Source: Eledone cirrhosa (taxonomy: Eukaryota). Taken from it: DNA of 64,000 nucleotides. The stretch lies in assembly GCA_964016885.1 (NCBI GenBank), contig OZ024740.1, positions 259,222,001 to 259,286,000 of the forward strand, read 5' to 3'. This document shows positions 30,310 to 42,493 of this stretch, piece after piece. The translations under genes and the position numbers were made by a program. The notes under the pieces are model-generated. The model was not told the DNA's origin, did not search any database, and saw only the letters and a list, made by a program, of their open reading frames with translations. The stretch's first letter is position 1; each line of letters opens with the position of its first letter.

Positions 30310-31920
30310 AGATGCAAAATTTTTGGAATGTTTTACATATTTTTACACTGTTCCATTAATGGATTGTACTTGTAATTTCCTAACTAGTTGTATTCTTTCT
30401 GTTCCTGTGAAGCCTAGCTTCTCAAGATTTGTATTGAGGCAGTTACTAACATACGCCAGTGCCCCAATAATCACAGGCATAAATCTGAAGGTGTAATCAG
30501 GGTGGAGTATCTGCAGATTTCTCATCAGTTCTGTATAAATATTTTCCTTTTCACTAATCTTTGATATTATATTGGCATCTGCTGGGCAGCTAATTTCCAC
30601 TACTGTGCATGCTTTCTTCTCCCTGTTCCATATCATAATATCTGGTCTGTTATGCCTGCATTTTATTGGGGTTTTTACTGGAACATTCCACCAGTACTCT
30701 TTCATATTATGTACATGGATGTCTTCCACATTGCTGTAGCTTTTAATGTGTTTATTATCGGGGCTATCTTTTTTACGAACTGCATTTTACAGTGTTTTGG
30801 CCACATCATCCCTCATAGGTAGATAGTACCGCGATGACATCTTTGGACAGCTGCTGATGACATGGGTGATATCCTCGATGTTAGTTCTGCAGAGTCTGCA
30901 CTTGTTATCACATCTAGGTGTTTTGCCTGCATCCCTATCTCTTTTGTGAATCGGGTATTTCGTGTTAATCTCCTGTTCTTGGATTGCAAAAGCGTATCCT
31001 TCAAAGTGGGAGCCAATATAGCGGTTGTTGGTTCAAGATAGACTACTTTCCTTATCTATATTACTCTCACTCTGGAGCCTCCTGGCAACACATCCATGCA
31101 TGATTTTTTGCTGATAAGTATGCAGTTTTTCATCCATGGATTCACTACGATACTGCTGAGCGACTTCCCTGGGTGTGAGTTTTTGATTACCACACAGGGA
31201 ATATCTCTCGAGGAGTTCCTTCCCAACTCTCATGATCTTATCTGTTTCATGCAGATAGACATGCTCGAGAAACGGGCTCCTACGCTTCGAGGTTCGTAGA
31301 TGTTGTCGGAGAGATATGATGCGGCATTCAAATGTTGTCTGGTCTGATGTTAGGCCTCTGCCTCCCTGCTTACGTTTCAAGTAAAGGCGTTCTGTGTCAC
31401 TGTTGATGTGGAAGTTTCCGGTGTTGTTTAGTATTTTTCGAGTTCCAACATCAACTGCTCGGATTTCGTCTATCGTCCAATTGAGTATTCCAAACGTTGG
31501 TGTTAGGACAGGCACAGCAAACACATTGTGAGCCACTGTTTTGTTTTACGCAGAGAGTTCCGATGACCAGATCTTTCTTAATCGGGTGTAGTATTCCCTG
31601 GTTACGCGTTCTTTATTACAGATACCATTATAGGATATGGTCTCATCTATCCCCAGGTATCTGTAGCAGTCCTCATCAGATATCGGTGAAACAGTTAGGC
31701 CATTGATGACAATGTTGCTCGATTGGGTTGTTGTTTTTGCCCGCTTTGCAGTCATGTATGAGCATTTATCTTGGCCAAACTCCATTCCTATATCCTTTGA
31801 GAACGTTGTAACCAGGTCAAGATTTTTCTTCATCCCATCCATGTTCTTGGCATAGAGTTTCAGATCGTCCACAAAGAAATTATGGGTTAGGTTCGTATGT
31901 CTGTCCTCCTGTGAGCCAAT
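30310..31920 (-). mobile_element. 5'-truncated R4/Dong-like non-LTR retrotransposon (RT, CCHC, restriction-like endonuclease), frameshifted
   Basis: THNFFVDDLKLYA, YRYLG, RLYLKRKQGGRGL, HNRPDIMIW...VEISCP...KENIY. 5' end abuts (ATGT)n. Confidence 0.9.
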
Positions 31921-32189
31921 GATGTATGTATGTATGTATGTATGTATGTATGTATGTATGTATGTATGTATGTATGTATGCATGTACGTATGTATGAATG
32001 CATGTATGTATGAATGCTTGTATGTATGAATGCATGTATGTATGAATGCATGTATATATGAATGCATGTATGTATGCATGTTTTGTCTCTTTTTTTTATT
32101 TTGTGTTCATGTTTGACCGGCCATTTTTCCGGCTGCAAAATTATATAGAAAAGGAAAATACGTCGCCCTTTGTGATGGGGGTGTCCTTT

Positions 32190-32620
32190 GAATCTTAAGA
32201 ATGGTTTACATATTTTGAAAGTTTCATATATCGTAGCCATTTGTAGTTTATGAATAAAGAACTGCGTTCTTTCTCCCAGAATTCAAGTTCAGCCATTCTT
32301 TGGTCTAGATGGGTTGGTGTATAACCCGTAGCTTCAATAATAATGGATATGAAGCTGAACGTATATTGTGGATACAGGTTCTGCAAACTCCTCATTAATG
32401 GTCCGTAGGTATCCTGCTCTCTCGTATTGTATCTTTCTGACTATATTGACACCGAGTGGGCAGCAGCTGACTTCTACAATAGAGCATGTTTTCAATCTGT
32501 GATCCCAAACAACAATATCAGGTCAGATTTATTTTAGTTTGCTGGCAGTTTTTTTTTTTTTATTATTATTTTTAGGTTCCGCCATTATTCTTTTCAACCA
32601 TTAGTCTCAATATACCCACC
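32190..32620 (-). mobile_element. Second R4-like endonuclease-domain fragment
   Basis: PDIVVWD and MRSLQNLYPQYTFSFISIII parallel the 30343-30729 ORF. Confidence 0.7.
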
Positions 32621-33069
32621 CTTATTTGGTGTTCTTTTTGTTTTCCGTAGTGTATTCTCGATTGTTCTGGCTACTATATATCTCATTGGACATTAATAAT
32701 GATTTCTACTGGCACAAGGCCAACAATTTTGTGGGGAGAGGAAAGTCGATTAAATTGACCCCAGTTCATTACTGGTACTTTATTTTATCGACCACGGCGG
32801 GATTTGAATTCAGACCGTAAAAGGCCGTAACTCCATGCTGCAAAGCATGTTGTCCGACGTTCTACTGATACTGCCATTTCACCAGTTAATAATGAGAAAA
32901 CTTTCATTCAAAGTTGGCGACAATGTGGTTAACATCTTCGGTCTTTGTTTGGCACAGCCTACATTTATTGTCAACTGTTGGCTTTCCTCTATCTATCTAT
33001 CTACTTCTCAATCTATCTATCTATTTATCTATCCATCTATCTATCTGTGTATCTTTCAATCTATCTGTT

Positions 33070-33115
<46 letters not shown>

Positions 33116-33117
33116 CA

Positions 33118-33820
33118 TCGAGCGGCAGTGCTACCGAGGAGCTCTACCAGTTCGAGACAAGCTCTACAGACACGGGCGCCCGGGCAGGGACCCTTCGAAA
33201 AAGATCTGTCCGAGATGCGTGCGCGACGAGGAAACCGTCGCGCACGCATTTGTACACTGCCCGAGCGTCACCAGCCTGTGGGGCTATGTAGAACGACTAT
33301 TGTCGCGGGTGGGACCAATCCAGTTGAACACCGAGTCCATTGTCATGATCAAACCGCCACCCTCCTTAAAAAACGAAAGAGAGGCGGTTTTCCTATGTGT
33401 TATGGCTATGGCGAAAGGGGTTATATGGTGGACGAGGTTAAAAGGGCTGAGATCAGACACCTTTCTCTCCGGTGAAAAACTGATTCGTTTTTTCGAATAT
33501 CATTTTGGGAGAAGAATCAGGATGGAGAGAGAGGTGTTGTACCCCAGCACATTTTAAGAAAAGTGGGTGAATGTGGCAAAGATGGCCCGAGTGGTTGGGC
33601 CTTCTCTCTATATAAGCCTGTAGGAAGGGAATACTCATTCTTGGAGCTCCTGGAGATGAGGGTTATACATTTTTTTCGGGGTGTGTACAACCCCTGTGTA
33701 ACGCCTCTCCCCTATTGGGGATTTCAATTGTTATTTGTTATTTTATTAATAGTTTTATTTTCATACACCATTTTTATTTGTCCCCTTCTTTTGCGCTCTT
33801 GTGGATAATAAAGAAATGTA
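33118..33820 (+). mobile_element. Tx1/L1-type LINE, 5'-truncated 3' fragment
   Basis: ALPVRDKL...CPRCVRDEETVAHAFVHC zinc finger and 3' UTR ending TTGTGGATAATAAAGAAA. Flanked by (TATC)n. Confidence 0.9.
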
Positions 33821-33847
33821 TCTATCTATCTACCTATCTATCTCTAT

Positions 33848-36800
33848 GTGGGATGGACACACGCGTGAGACTTGCTGGGTAAGTTCTGCTTAAATTTCTA
33901 TAGAAATTCTTGACTGTGAACCTTCATTTTTATACCAATTTGTAGAGGGACTGCCAGGTCAAATTTTGATCTGGTCAGTCTCTCAAAATATTCTACGCTT
34001 TTAGGCGAAATAGTTCATGAAAAATAAATAAAAAAAATTTGGAAAAACTAACGTTTTAAAAAAAAATGGCTGAAGCAACAGCTTCTCCACCAACATCCGA
34101 AGGAGGAAAGGGAAGATATGCTTACAGCTTCCCCCTTCCACTGTCATAGTAGCAGATGTATCAGACAAAGGTTAGACAGATGAAGGATTTTGTTCACCTG
34201 CTGACCAACAACTTGACGTTGCCATGGCAACAAACCAAATCCAAAAGTGTGAAATAATGAACACAAACAACACAACCGGCGGCACCAGCAACAACAACAT
34301 AGCAATGCTATGAACGAAAACAACACCAACAACAACGAAGACAACAACAATAACAAGAACAACAAAAACAACAACTCCAGCACAAACGAAAACAACCAAA
34401 CACACCAAAAGAAAAGAACGTTTGCAGAAAGCCTTAACAAAGAGACAGAGTTTATAGAGATAGATCTGTCAACCCAAGCGCATCATCTAAAGGACGCTGC
34501 GCAACATATAACTTTCGAAGGTAACGGCTTTTGGATAAGTACACCACCGGAAATTAGAGCCGCGACCTTAAGAAAAACAATTTTCTTCCGTACGATCTGC
34601 TCACAAACCAAGAAACCGATGGCTTTAAGCAATAGCACGGTGGAAACCGCGCTAAAGGAGGCAATGCCAGACATTGCTTACCTCCAGAGGGCCAAGCAGT
34701 ACGAGAGCATCTCGGTGCTCTTTAAAAGCGAGGCCCTCGCCCAGATATATTCGGTGGCTCCAATTAGAACGAACCAACACATCTTCCCAACATACATGGG
34801 AAGAAGAACCCATAAAATAAGGATATCCCAGATCCCACCGAACACCAACATTTGGTGGATCCTGGGTGGTTTTTTGGAGGAGGGTGAAGACAACCTCCTC
34901 CCTGTAAAAAGATTAATCCGACAGAACTGGAGCGGGACCTCAATTAAGCTTTTAGTTCAAATGAAACCGGAGAGGATTGGAAAAATACCGGAAAGGGTGC
35001 CGGTGGATGATAACCATGTTGTCCACATCGCAGTGGAGGGCAAAAGACCACAATGTTTCAAATGTGGAAAAAACACACATTTAAAAACATTTTGCCGAAT
35101 GTTGGATGTGGAAAAACAAAAGAAGGCGTTGTTGCCAGCCCCAAAACTACAACAGACACACCCGAAAATAAAAAACACAACCCCCAAACCATCAACATTC
35201 ACCCAAATATCACAAACCACAAAAGACGCCACACCAAAAATTCCCCAGAAGGACTCTGTCCCCCCCCCCCTCCACCTCAGTCCAACACTCCCACAAACAC
35301 ACACACAAACAATCCACCACCACACAACATACGCCTCCCACCTATCCACAATGATAACACCTCAGACACGGGAACCTCAACATCTCCAAGTGAGGACGAA
35401 GAGGAACCCAAAAAATCCAAGAAGCAAAAAAGACAGAAAAAATACAACAAAACATCAACTGAAAACACTCACACACCCAACACTGACATAAACATACCGC
35501 CACAAACGACAACCACACCAACAACACAATCACCAACAGCGCAACCAGACACTTCACCAACAAAACAAACACTCACACCACCACAATCACAAACCGCAAT
35601 AACAAAAAGAAAACTACAAACAGAAACAGTACACATAAAAAACAAAACACATTACACATACATAAAAACAAGAAACAAAGAACTGGCGGAAACTGTCCGA
35701 AAAGACTCCACAATACAAATGGAAGGGAAAACCTTCCTCACCAACGACCCACCGCCAAACCTCAAACTTATCAGTGTAACAACCATACAGTATGAAACTT
35801 TAAAAGAGAACTTCCCACATGATGTGGGCCCCCCTTGCCAAAAGTCCCTTAACCGTGTCCTGCTAAAAGGATTCCCTCCCTCCCCAAACACCACCAATCT
35901 GGACATGGAGATCGAACAACCCCACCTCCAGGAAACGAAAAGGTAAGTGTTCCTGCCTTTTCTCTCCTTAACTCTTCTTCACCAACATGGCGACTATACA
36001 AGCTGGATGTTTGAATGTACGTGGCTTGGGCTTGTCCTGGAAACAGGGCCAGCTTTTAAATGATCTCAGGTCACATTGTATAGATGTGATAGCCATCACC
36101 GAATCCAGGATTCACGACAAGCAGCAGCTAACCCCCATGTTTGATGATTTTCAGATCTACGCATCTCTCTGTCAGCCAGGAGGTGGAGGGGTAGTTGCTG
36201 TTCTGTTTCGAAAAAACTTGGATCTCAAAATACAGACGATTCACTTGGACCCGTAGGGCAGCCTGGTGGTCCTGGACGAGAATGGTAGTGAAGGTGGAGC
36301 TTTCAGACTGGTAGTCGTATATGCCCCGACTGAGACATCGCGACCAGAGTTCTTCAAGCGACTGGAGCCATTCCTGGAAACGTCTCGCTCCTTAGTGTTA
36401 GCGGGGGACTGGAATGGCATCTTAGACGCACGTTGGGACTATGTAGGAGCTTGTGATAATAGAGGGGGCTGTAATAGCCTAAAAAACAGCCAATTCCAAC
36501 TGCCTGATAGATATCGACTAGACTTCCCAAGTGCACCACTGTGGACGTGGAACAACCGCAATAGGTCTTGTATATCGTATTTAGATAGATTTTTAATTAG
36601 ACAGAATGATAAGGGAACATTAAGCTGTCCACAAATGTACATGGTTGTCTATTCAGACCACAAATTAGTCACCTGCGTAGTCAACCTTGATAGAATACAT
36701 AGACAGGGACCCGGATACTGGAAGCTAAACATGTCGCTCCCGGCGCGTAAGGCCTACAGTAAATGGATTAGCACATGCCAGTTGACGAGGGCGATCGTCA

Positions 36801-39205
36801 ACAACAGGTGGTGGAGTTCTCTCAAGAGAGCAATTAGAATAGAATCGATAGCATTTAGCAAGGAAGTAGCTTTAGAAAACAAAACTGAAAAGGAACTGGT
36901 AGCTAAAATAGAAGAGGCACTTAGGAATGGCAGTATAGCTGACGTGCTAGTGGCGAGAACGGCACTAGACCAGTTCTTCAACGTGAAACACGAAGGTTGT
37001 AGTGTCAGAAGTAGAACACGTGCTCTAAGAAACGAGGGAACCAAAGCTGTTAGCTGGGCCCGAATGGCAGAGGCGAAAGGTGGCAAATCCACAATTCGGT
37101 CTTTGCAAGACAAAGATGGACGCATTATACTTAAATCCAAGCAGATGTGCACGGCCTTGCAGCAGCATTTTGCACAACTGTTCGGGCAAAGCGGTACATC
37201 GAGCGAGGTGATGGACGTCAGCTTCTACCTCGACGGCGTACCACTACTCTCGAGCACGGGTGCAGAGAACTGCGAAAGGCCGATCACAGCGGGCGAAATA
37301 GAAGATGCCCTAGGCCGCTGCAGGAAACGCAAATCACCCGGTTTAGATAGTCTATCCTATGAGTTTTACATAGGCATGTCAGACTTGTTCTCTGACGTCC
37401 TCGAAGCGGTCTACTGCAAATAGCAGCAGAACGGGAGGATTCCCAGTTCTGTAGGCAGAGGCGTAGTAACGCTGATCAGGAAAGATGAGAACATGGGGGA
37501 TGAGATAAGCAATTTCAGGCCCATAACTCTGCTCAACACAGAGTTAAAGATTTTGGCCAAGGTGTTAGCAGCAAGGCTGGCGCTTGTCGTCGAGAACTTG
37601 GTAGGGGAAGCGCAAACGTGTGCAATCCCGACCAGGTCCATACACGACAACTTCCACCTCATGCGATACATCATGGAGAGGGTAGGGTGTAAACCTGGCT
37701 TCAGTAGGGCTTTGATCAATTTAGATCAGTCTAAGGCATTTGATAGGGTCGACCATCAATACTTGCAAGCGGTTCTCAAGGCGGCAGGCTTCGGTCCCGT
37801 CTTCAGAGGCTGGATCGCTGCCATACACACCAGCATCTGCTCGGCAATCAAGATGAATGGCTACCTATCAGAGCCATTCTAAATCATGCGTTCCATCCGT
37901 CAAGATGCCCTCTCTCCTCCATTCTGTATGTACTGACTCTCGAACCGTTACTGCGGAAGTTGGAGCTGTTGCAGGGCATCCCGATCGACTGCGGAAAGCA
38001 GCGTCGGCCTATGCCGACGACGTAACCGTAATGGTGTCGAAAACCTCGGAAATCGGGGTAAACGGCAGCCTATTACAGGAATACGAAACGTTGACAGGAG
38101 CAAGACTAAATCCAAACAAGTCTGTCGGTTTGCAAATCGGCACATGGAGAGGCAAACCCATGTCTTCCGACAGTGTCGTTGGACGCTGGACGGAAGGACC
38201 GGTGGAATTTCTCGGGGTCTGATTTGGTCCAGACCTCCAGGTGGACAAGAACTGGAACGAGGTCACGGCGAAGGTGTTTGCACTCACCCAGAAGTGGGCT
38301 GAGTGCAAACTCTCCTTCAAAGATCGAGCGGAGGTGGCGAACCCTTACATAGCGTCCGTCATCTACTACCGCTTGACAGTCGTGCCCTGCCCCCGCGAAT
38401 ACCTTACCAAAATGGAACGCCTACTCTTCAAGTTCCTCTGGAAGAAATGGGCTCCATTGGGGAGGCGATCCATCTTCTGTCAACACCCTTCTAAAGGATG
38501 GCTGGGCATGCCGTGGCTGATGATGCGCAAACACGCGCTGAGCTACGCCATCTCCAGGTATTCCTGACCGGTGAACCGGTGTGGCTGTCGTTTGTGAGAC
38601 AAGCTCTTCCACAACTCGTCTCCTAACAGAGCTGCAGTCCTGGGTCAAGCGAAGACCGAAAATGGGTGCCTGGCACCTCGAGTGCCTACAGGCGCTTACA
38701 GCCCTCTACCAAGCGGAAACGGCAATCAGCGGAGACTCCACTTCGACAATCTATAGGGGATCGTTCCCGGGGAAACTCTAGGCATCGAGGAGGACGAACT
38801 GACCAGTCTGTTCGGGAGGACTTTCCGTCCGGGGCCTATGGATAACTTCCAGAGGTCTCTGGCCTGGCAGTGCTACTGAGGAGCTCTACCAGTTCGAGAC
38901 AAAATCTACAGGCACGGACGCCCTGGCAGAGATCCTGCACGCAATTTTTCAGTACCAAGGGGTGACTGACCTGTGGAATCATGTCGAACAGTTACTGTCA
39001 CGTGTGGGACGCATCCAGTTGTCAGCCGAGTCCATTAGGGGGGGTAATTGAAATCCCCATTAGGGGGGGTAACGCTACTGCGTTACCCCCCTAATTCGGA
39101 TTTCAATTGTTTTATTTTTACATAGTTTATTGTTATTGATCATTGTTAAAGATTTTATGTAAAACCCCCGCTGTCACGTCTTGTAATGTCCCATTTTTGT
39201 ACGCC
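33848..39205 (+). mobile_element. Tx1/L1-type LINE, near full length, degenerate (ORF1 about 34066-35946, ORF2 35987 to about 39040)
   Basis: ORF1 zinc knuckle CFKCGKNTHLKTFC. ORF2 APE endonuclease (CLNVRGL, GDWNG, YLDRFL, SDH) and RT (FRPITLLN, LDQSKAFDRV, AYADD). Multiple stops and frameshifts. Confidence 0.95.
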
Positions 39206-39413
39206 CTATATATACATGTGTGTGTGTGCGTCGAGAGATGGAGGGATGGTGGAGTGTTCAGTATAAAATTAAGTCAGAAACCAGTTGATAAGATTGATGG
39301 CGGTGTCATGATGGGGAGAGGAGATAAACGACAGATACGGGGCGAAGGGATGGAAAGAGGAAGAAATAATCTTGAAATATGAATAAAAGGAGAAAGAGAT
39401 AGGAGGAAGTGGT

Positions 39414-39474
<61 letters not shown>

Positions 39475-40252
39475 TTGGACCGAGAGAGAGCGGGGGTAGT
39501 AACTTAGCTGTAGCTGTTTGTATTTCGTGTACGTCGTTCATTAGCCGACATTCTCTGCTTCACTGACCTCCTACCTTATCTTGTCTCTGTCCCAGGTCAC
39601 TAACTCCCTTTTACGTACATCAACAGATGTCACGTGGGTACAATGATGGAACATCTACGTCAGCGGTTCCCAAACTGTGCACCTCAGCACACTGGTACGT
39701 AATTCAATCTGTCGCGAAGAAACACATTCCCAAAAAACACCAGACACATGTTTTACATTGATATCTTTGCCACAACCTTGTCGCTTCGGTCCAAAATCCG
39801 GGTTCCGCTGCCCGCAATGCAGAGAAGAAGATTGTTAAATACCTGGGCCTGGCCGACCGCTTCATCTTTGCACTGGTCTCCATCGAGACCTCTGGTGTCC
39901 TTGGTCCTCACACTGCTGATTTCCCCCTTAAAAGCGGAAAAACAGTGGCCTGCTTGAGGAGGGAGCCCTATGAGGTGAGGTGGCTGTTGCAGCGGGTGTC
40001 TCTGGTTATTTTGATATTCTCCGTGGAGTGCAGCTAATACACCGCTCAGACTATATATATAATTGGTGAAATATTCACCGAAGATAATAGAGAAAAACAT
40101 AATTTTTTTCGTTTCGTTTCGTTATGAAAAACGTTTTTTGCTTCGGCAACGAGGCTATTCATATGTTTATTGTATGTGAGCGTATTATATATGTTTATAT
40201 ATCTTTTCATATACATCACTCTCTCTCTCTCCCTCTCTCTCTCTCTCTCTCG

Positions 40253-40304
<52 letters not shown>

Positions 40305-42215
40305 AATATGGAGCTAACAGGACAAAGACAATAGGAAAATACAATAGACAGACAAGCAGTCCCATCTCCTCAGTCAACCCCTGGAAATCGCTATGATTTC
40401 GGTAATTTAGGTCTATACTATTTATTCCAGTGCACGTTAGGACATAACAAAACATGTAGAAACAAGTTGTGCCTTTAGCAAAACTACACAAATATAGTGC
40501 GCAAGGGCTTAAGCCAAAGGAGAATATATAGAAAGGAGAGAAATAGTAAAACAAAAGAGAATAAGGAGTGTTGTCCAACGTGCAGACAAAGCAGGCCACT
40601 GAGGCGTAGAAAAAGTAAGAAGGGAGGAAAGGAGAAAACAGGCCGCGGGTGTGGTGTCTAATATATGATATATGATAGAATATATATATATATATATATA
40701 TATTAAAAAACACGTTGGAGGAATATAACAGAAAACGCGGCAGAGACAAGCTCATAGACAATTCCCGCTCAGCGGCTGTGTTCTGGGGTCATTATCGTTT
40801 CGGGTGCTTTATATTTGAGATTAGGTAACTTACGAAGCATTGCGAAATTTAAAATTTGAAAATATATTCGCCACAGTATAAATATAAACTATTATTATAG
40901 TTATCTGCATTGTTGATAGTTTATATATAAATGTGTGTGTGTGAATATCTGTGCGCATGTGTATGTGTGTATGTGTATATGCTTACCTAGCTAAACTCTC
41001 GTACATCGTTTAGAAAGACAGCGGACCGCTTGAGGAGGGAGCCCGTGAGTTGAGGTGGCTGTGACTAGAAATAAAAATGTGTGTTGTATATTTAATGCAA
41101 CTGTTTAGAAGTTTAGAAAAATTTATGACATCCCTTGTGCTGCAAACTTAATAGGTCCTCAATTGTTATAAGATGGCTCTCACTTTTATAGCGCAACACA
41201 CGGTAGATCTGATCAACCCTCACTCTGAAGTTGACCAATGGTAGAATCAAACACCACTGGACAACATGAATGACCGATATATATTCTAAATGACCTTACC
41301 TGTAAGATAAACACTGATGTATAGCGGGGTTTAGGGACACATTAATAAAATAGTTTTTCTCTTAGTGTTCTCAGCATGACTTTTCAGCAAGACAGTTAAA
41401 ATAGATGCCGGAAGTGTGCAAAACTTTATGTATACACCATATGCTATTGTTCTCTCTCCGAGGTAGTGTTAATGATCGTTAGAAAGATTTTGTTGTTCTC
41501 GCTTTCTAATTTAGTATATCTCATAGAATTCATCAGACTTCTATCTCCTCCTACTTCTATCTCCTCCTACATTCATCTATACAGTGAGTGAAGGGAGGAG
41601 CGTTTGCTAAGGTCTTGCAACATTGTTGATATAGTAGCAGGCATTAGATTGGATTTAAACTCCACACCCCATCCACACCATATAACTGTAGAAGTGGGAC
41701 TTCTAATGATCTGAAGATGGTCGAGTTGATATAATATAATACACTGTCACACCATTATCCGAATAGTCAATGGTTCACATCTCAAGAAGGGTTTTATATA
41801 CTGCTGCGAATTAGCAGTGTCGTTAGGGCGTTGGGTTAGATGGCTTGGGGTGTTAGTTGCAGCTCACTGTGCTCTCAGTTCAAATTTCACCAACATTAAC
41901 TTTGCTTTTCATCCTCTCAGAGTTCCATTATTAAAGTACCAGATGTGGAGTGGTGGATCTGTAGAAATGTTAGAGCGTTGGCTGAGATGGAATGGTTGCG
42001 ATATCATTTTTCCAACTTTCAGCGTTCTGAGTTCAAATTTCAGAAGCTATTCGGAAATAATTCATTACAATGTATGTGTGTTTGTGTGTGTGCGCGTGTG
42101 TGTGTGTGTGTTTATATATATATTGTATATATTATGTTTTTAAGAACAAATAATTTTAACAGGCAAATAAAGCGACTTGCTGGGAGCGAGCAAAAAGCGT
42201 CCGAACAGACCGATC

Positions 42216-42274
<59 letters not shown>

Positions 42275-42460
42275 TGTTTCTATTTTAGGCACTAGGCCAG
42301 CAATTACCCAGTACATTACTGGTACTTTATTCTGTCGACCCCGTAAGGATGAAAGGCAAAGTTAACCTCGGCGGGATTTGAATTCAGATCATAAATGGAC
42401 GTAACTCTATGCTTCAAAGCATGGTGTCCGACCCTCTACCGATACTGCCAATCCACCGCC
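42275..42460 (-). mobile_element. SINE family S1 within (TAA)n
   Basis: Reverse complement of the 1420 and 8925 element. Confidence 0.9.
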
Positions 42461-42493
42461 CAATAAAAATAATAATAATAATAATAATAATGT

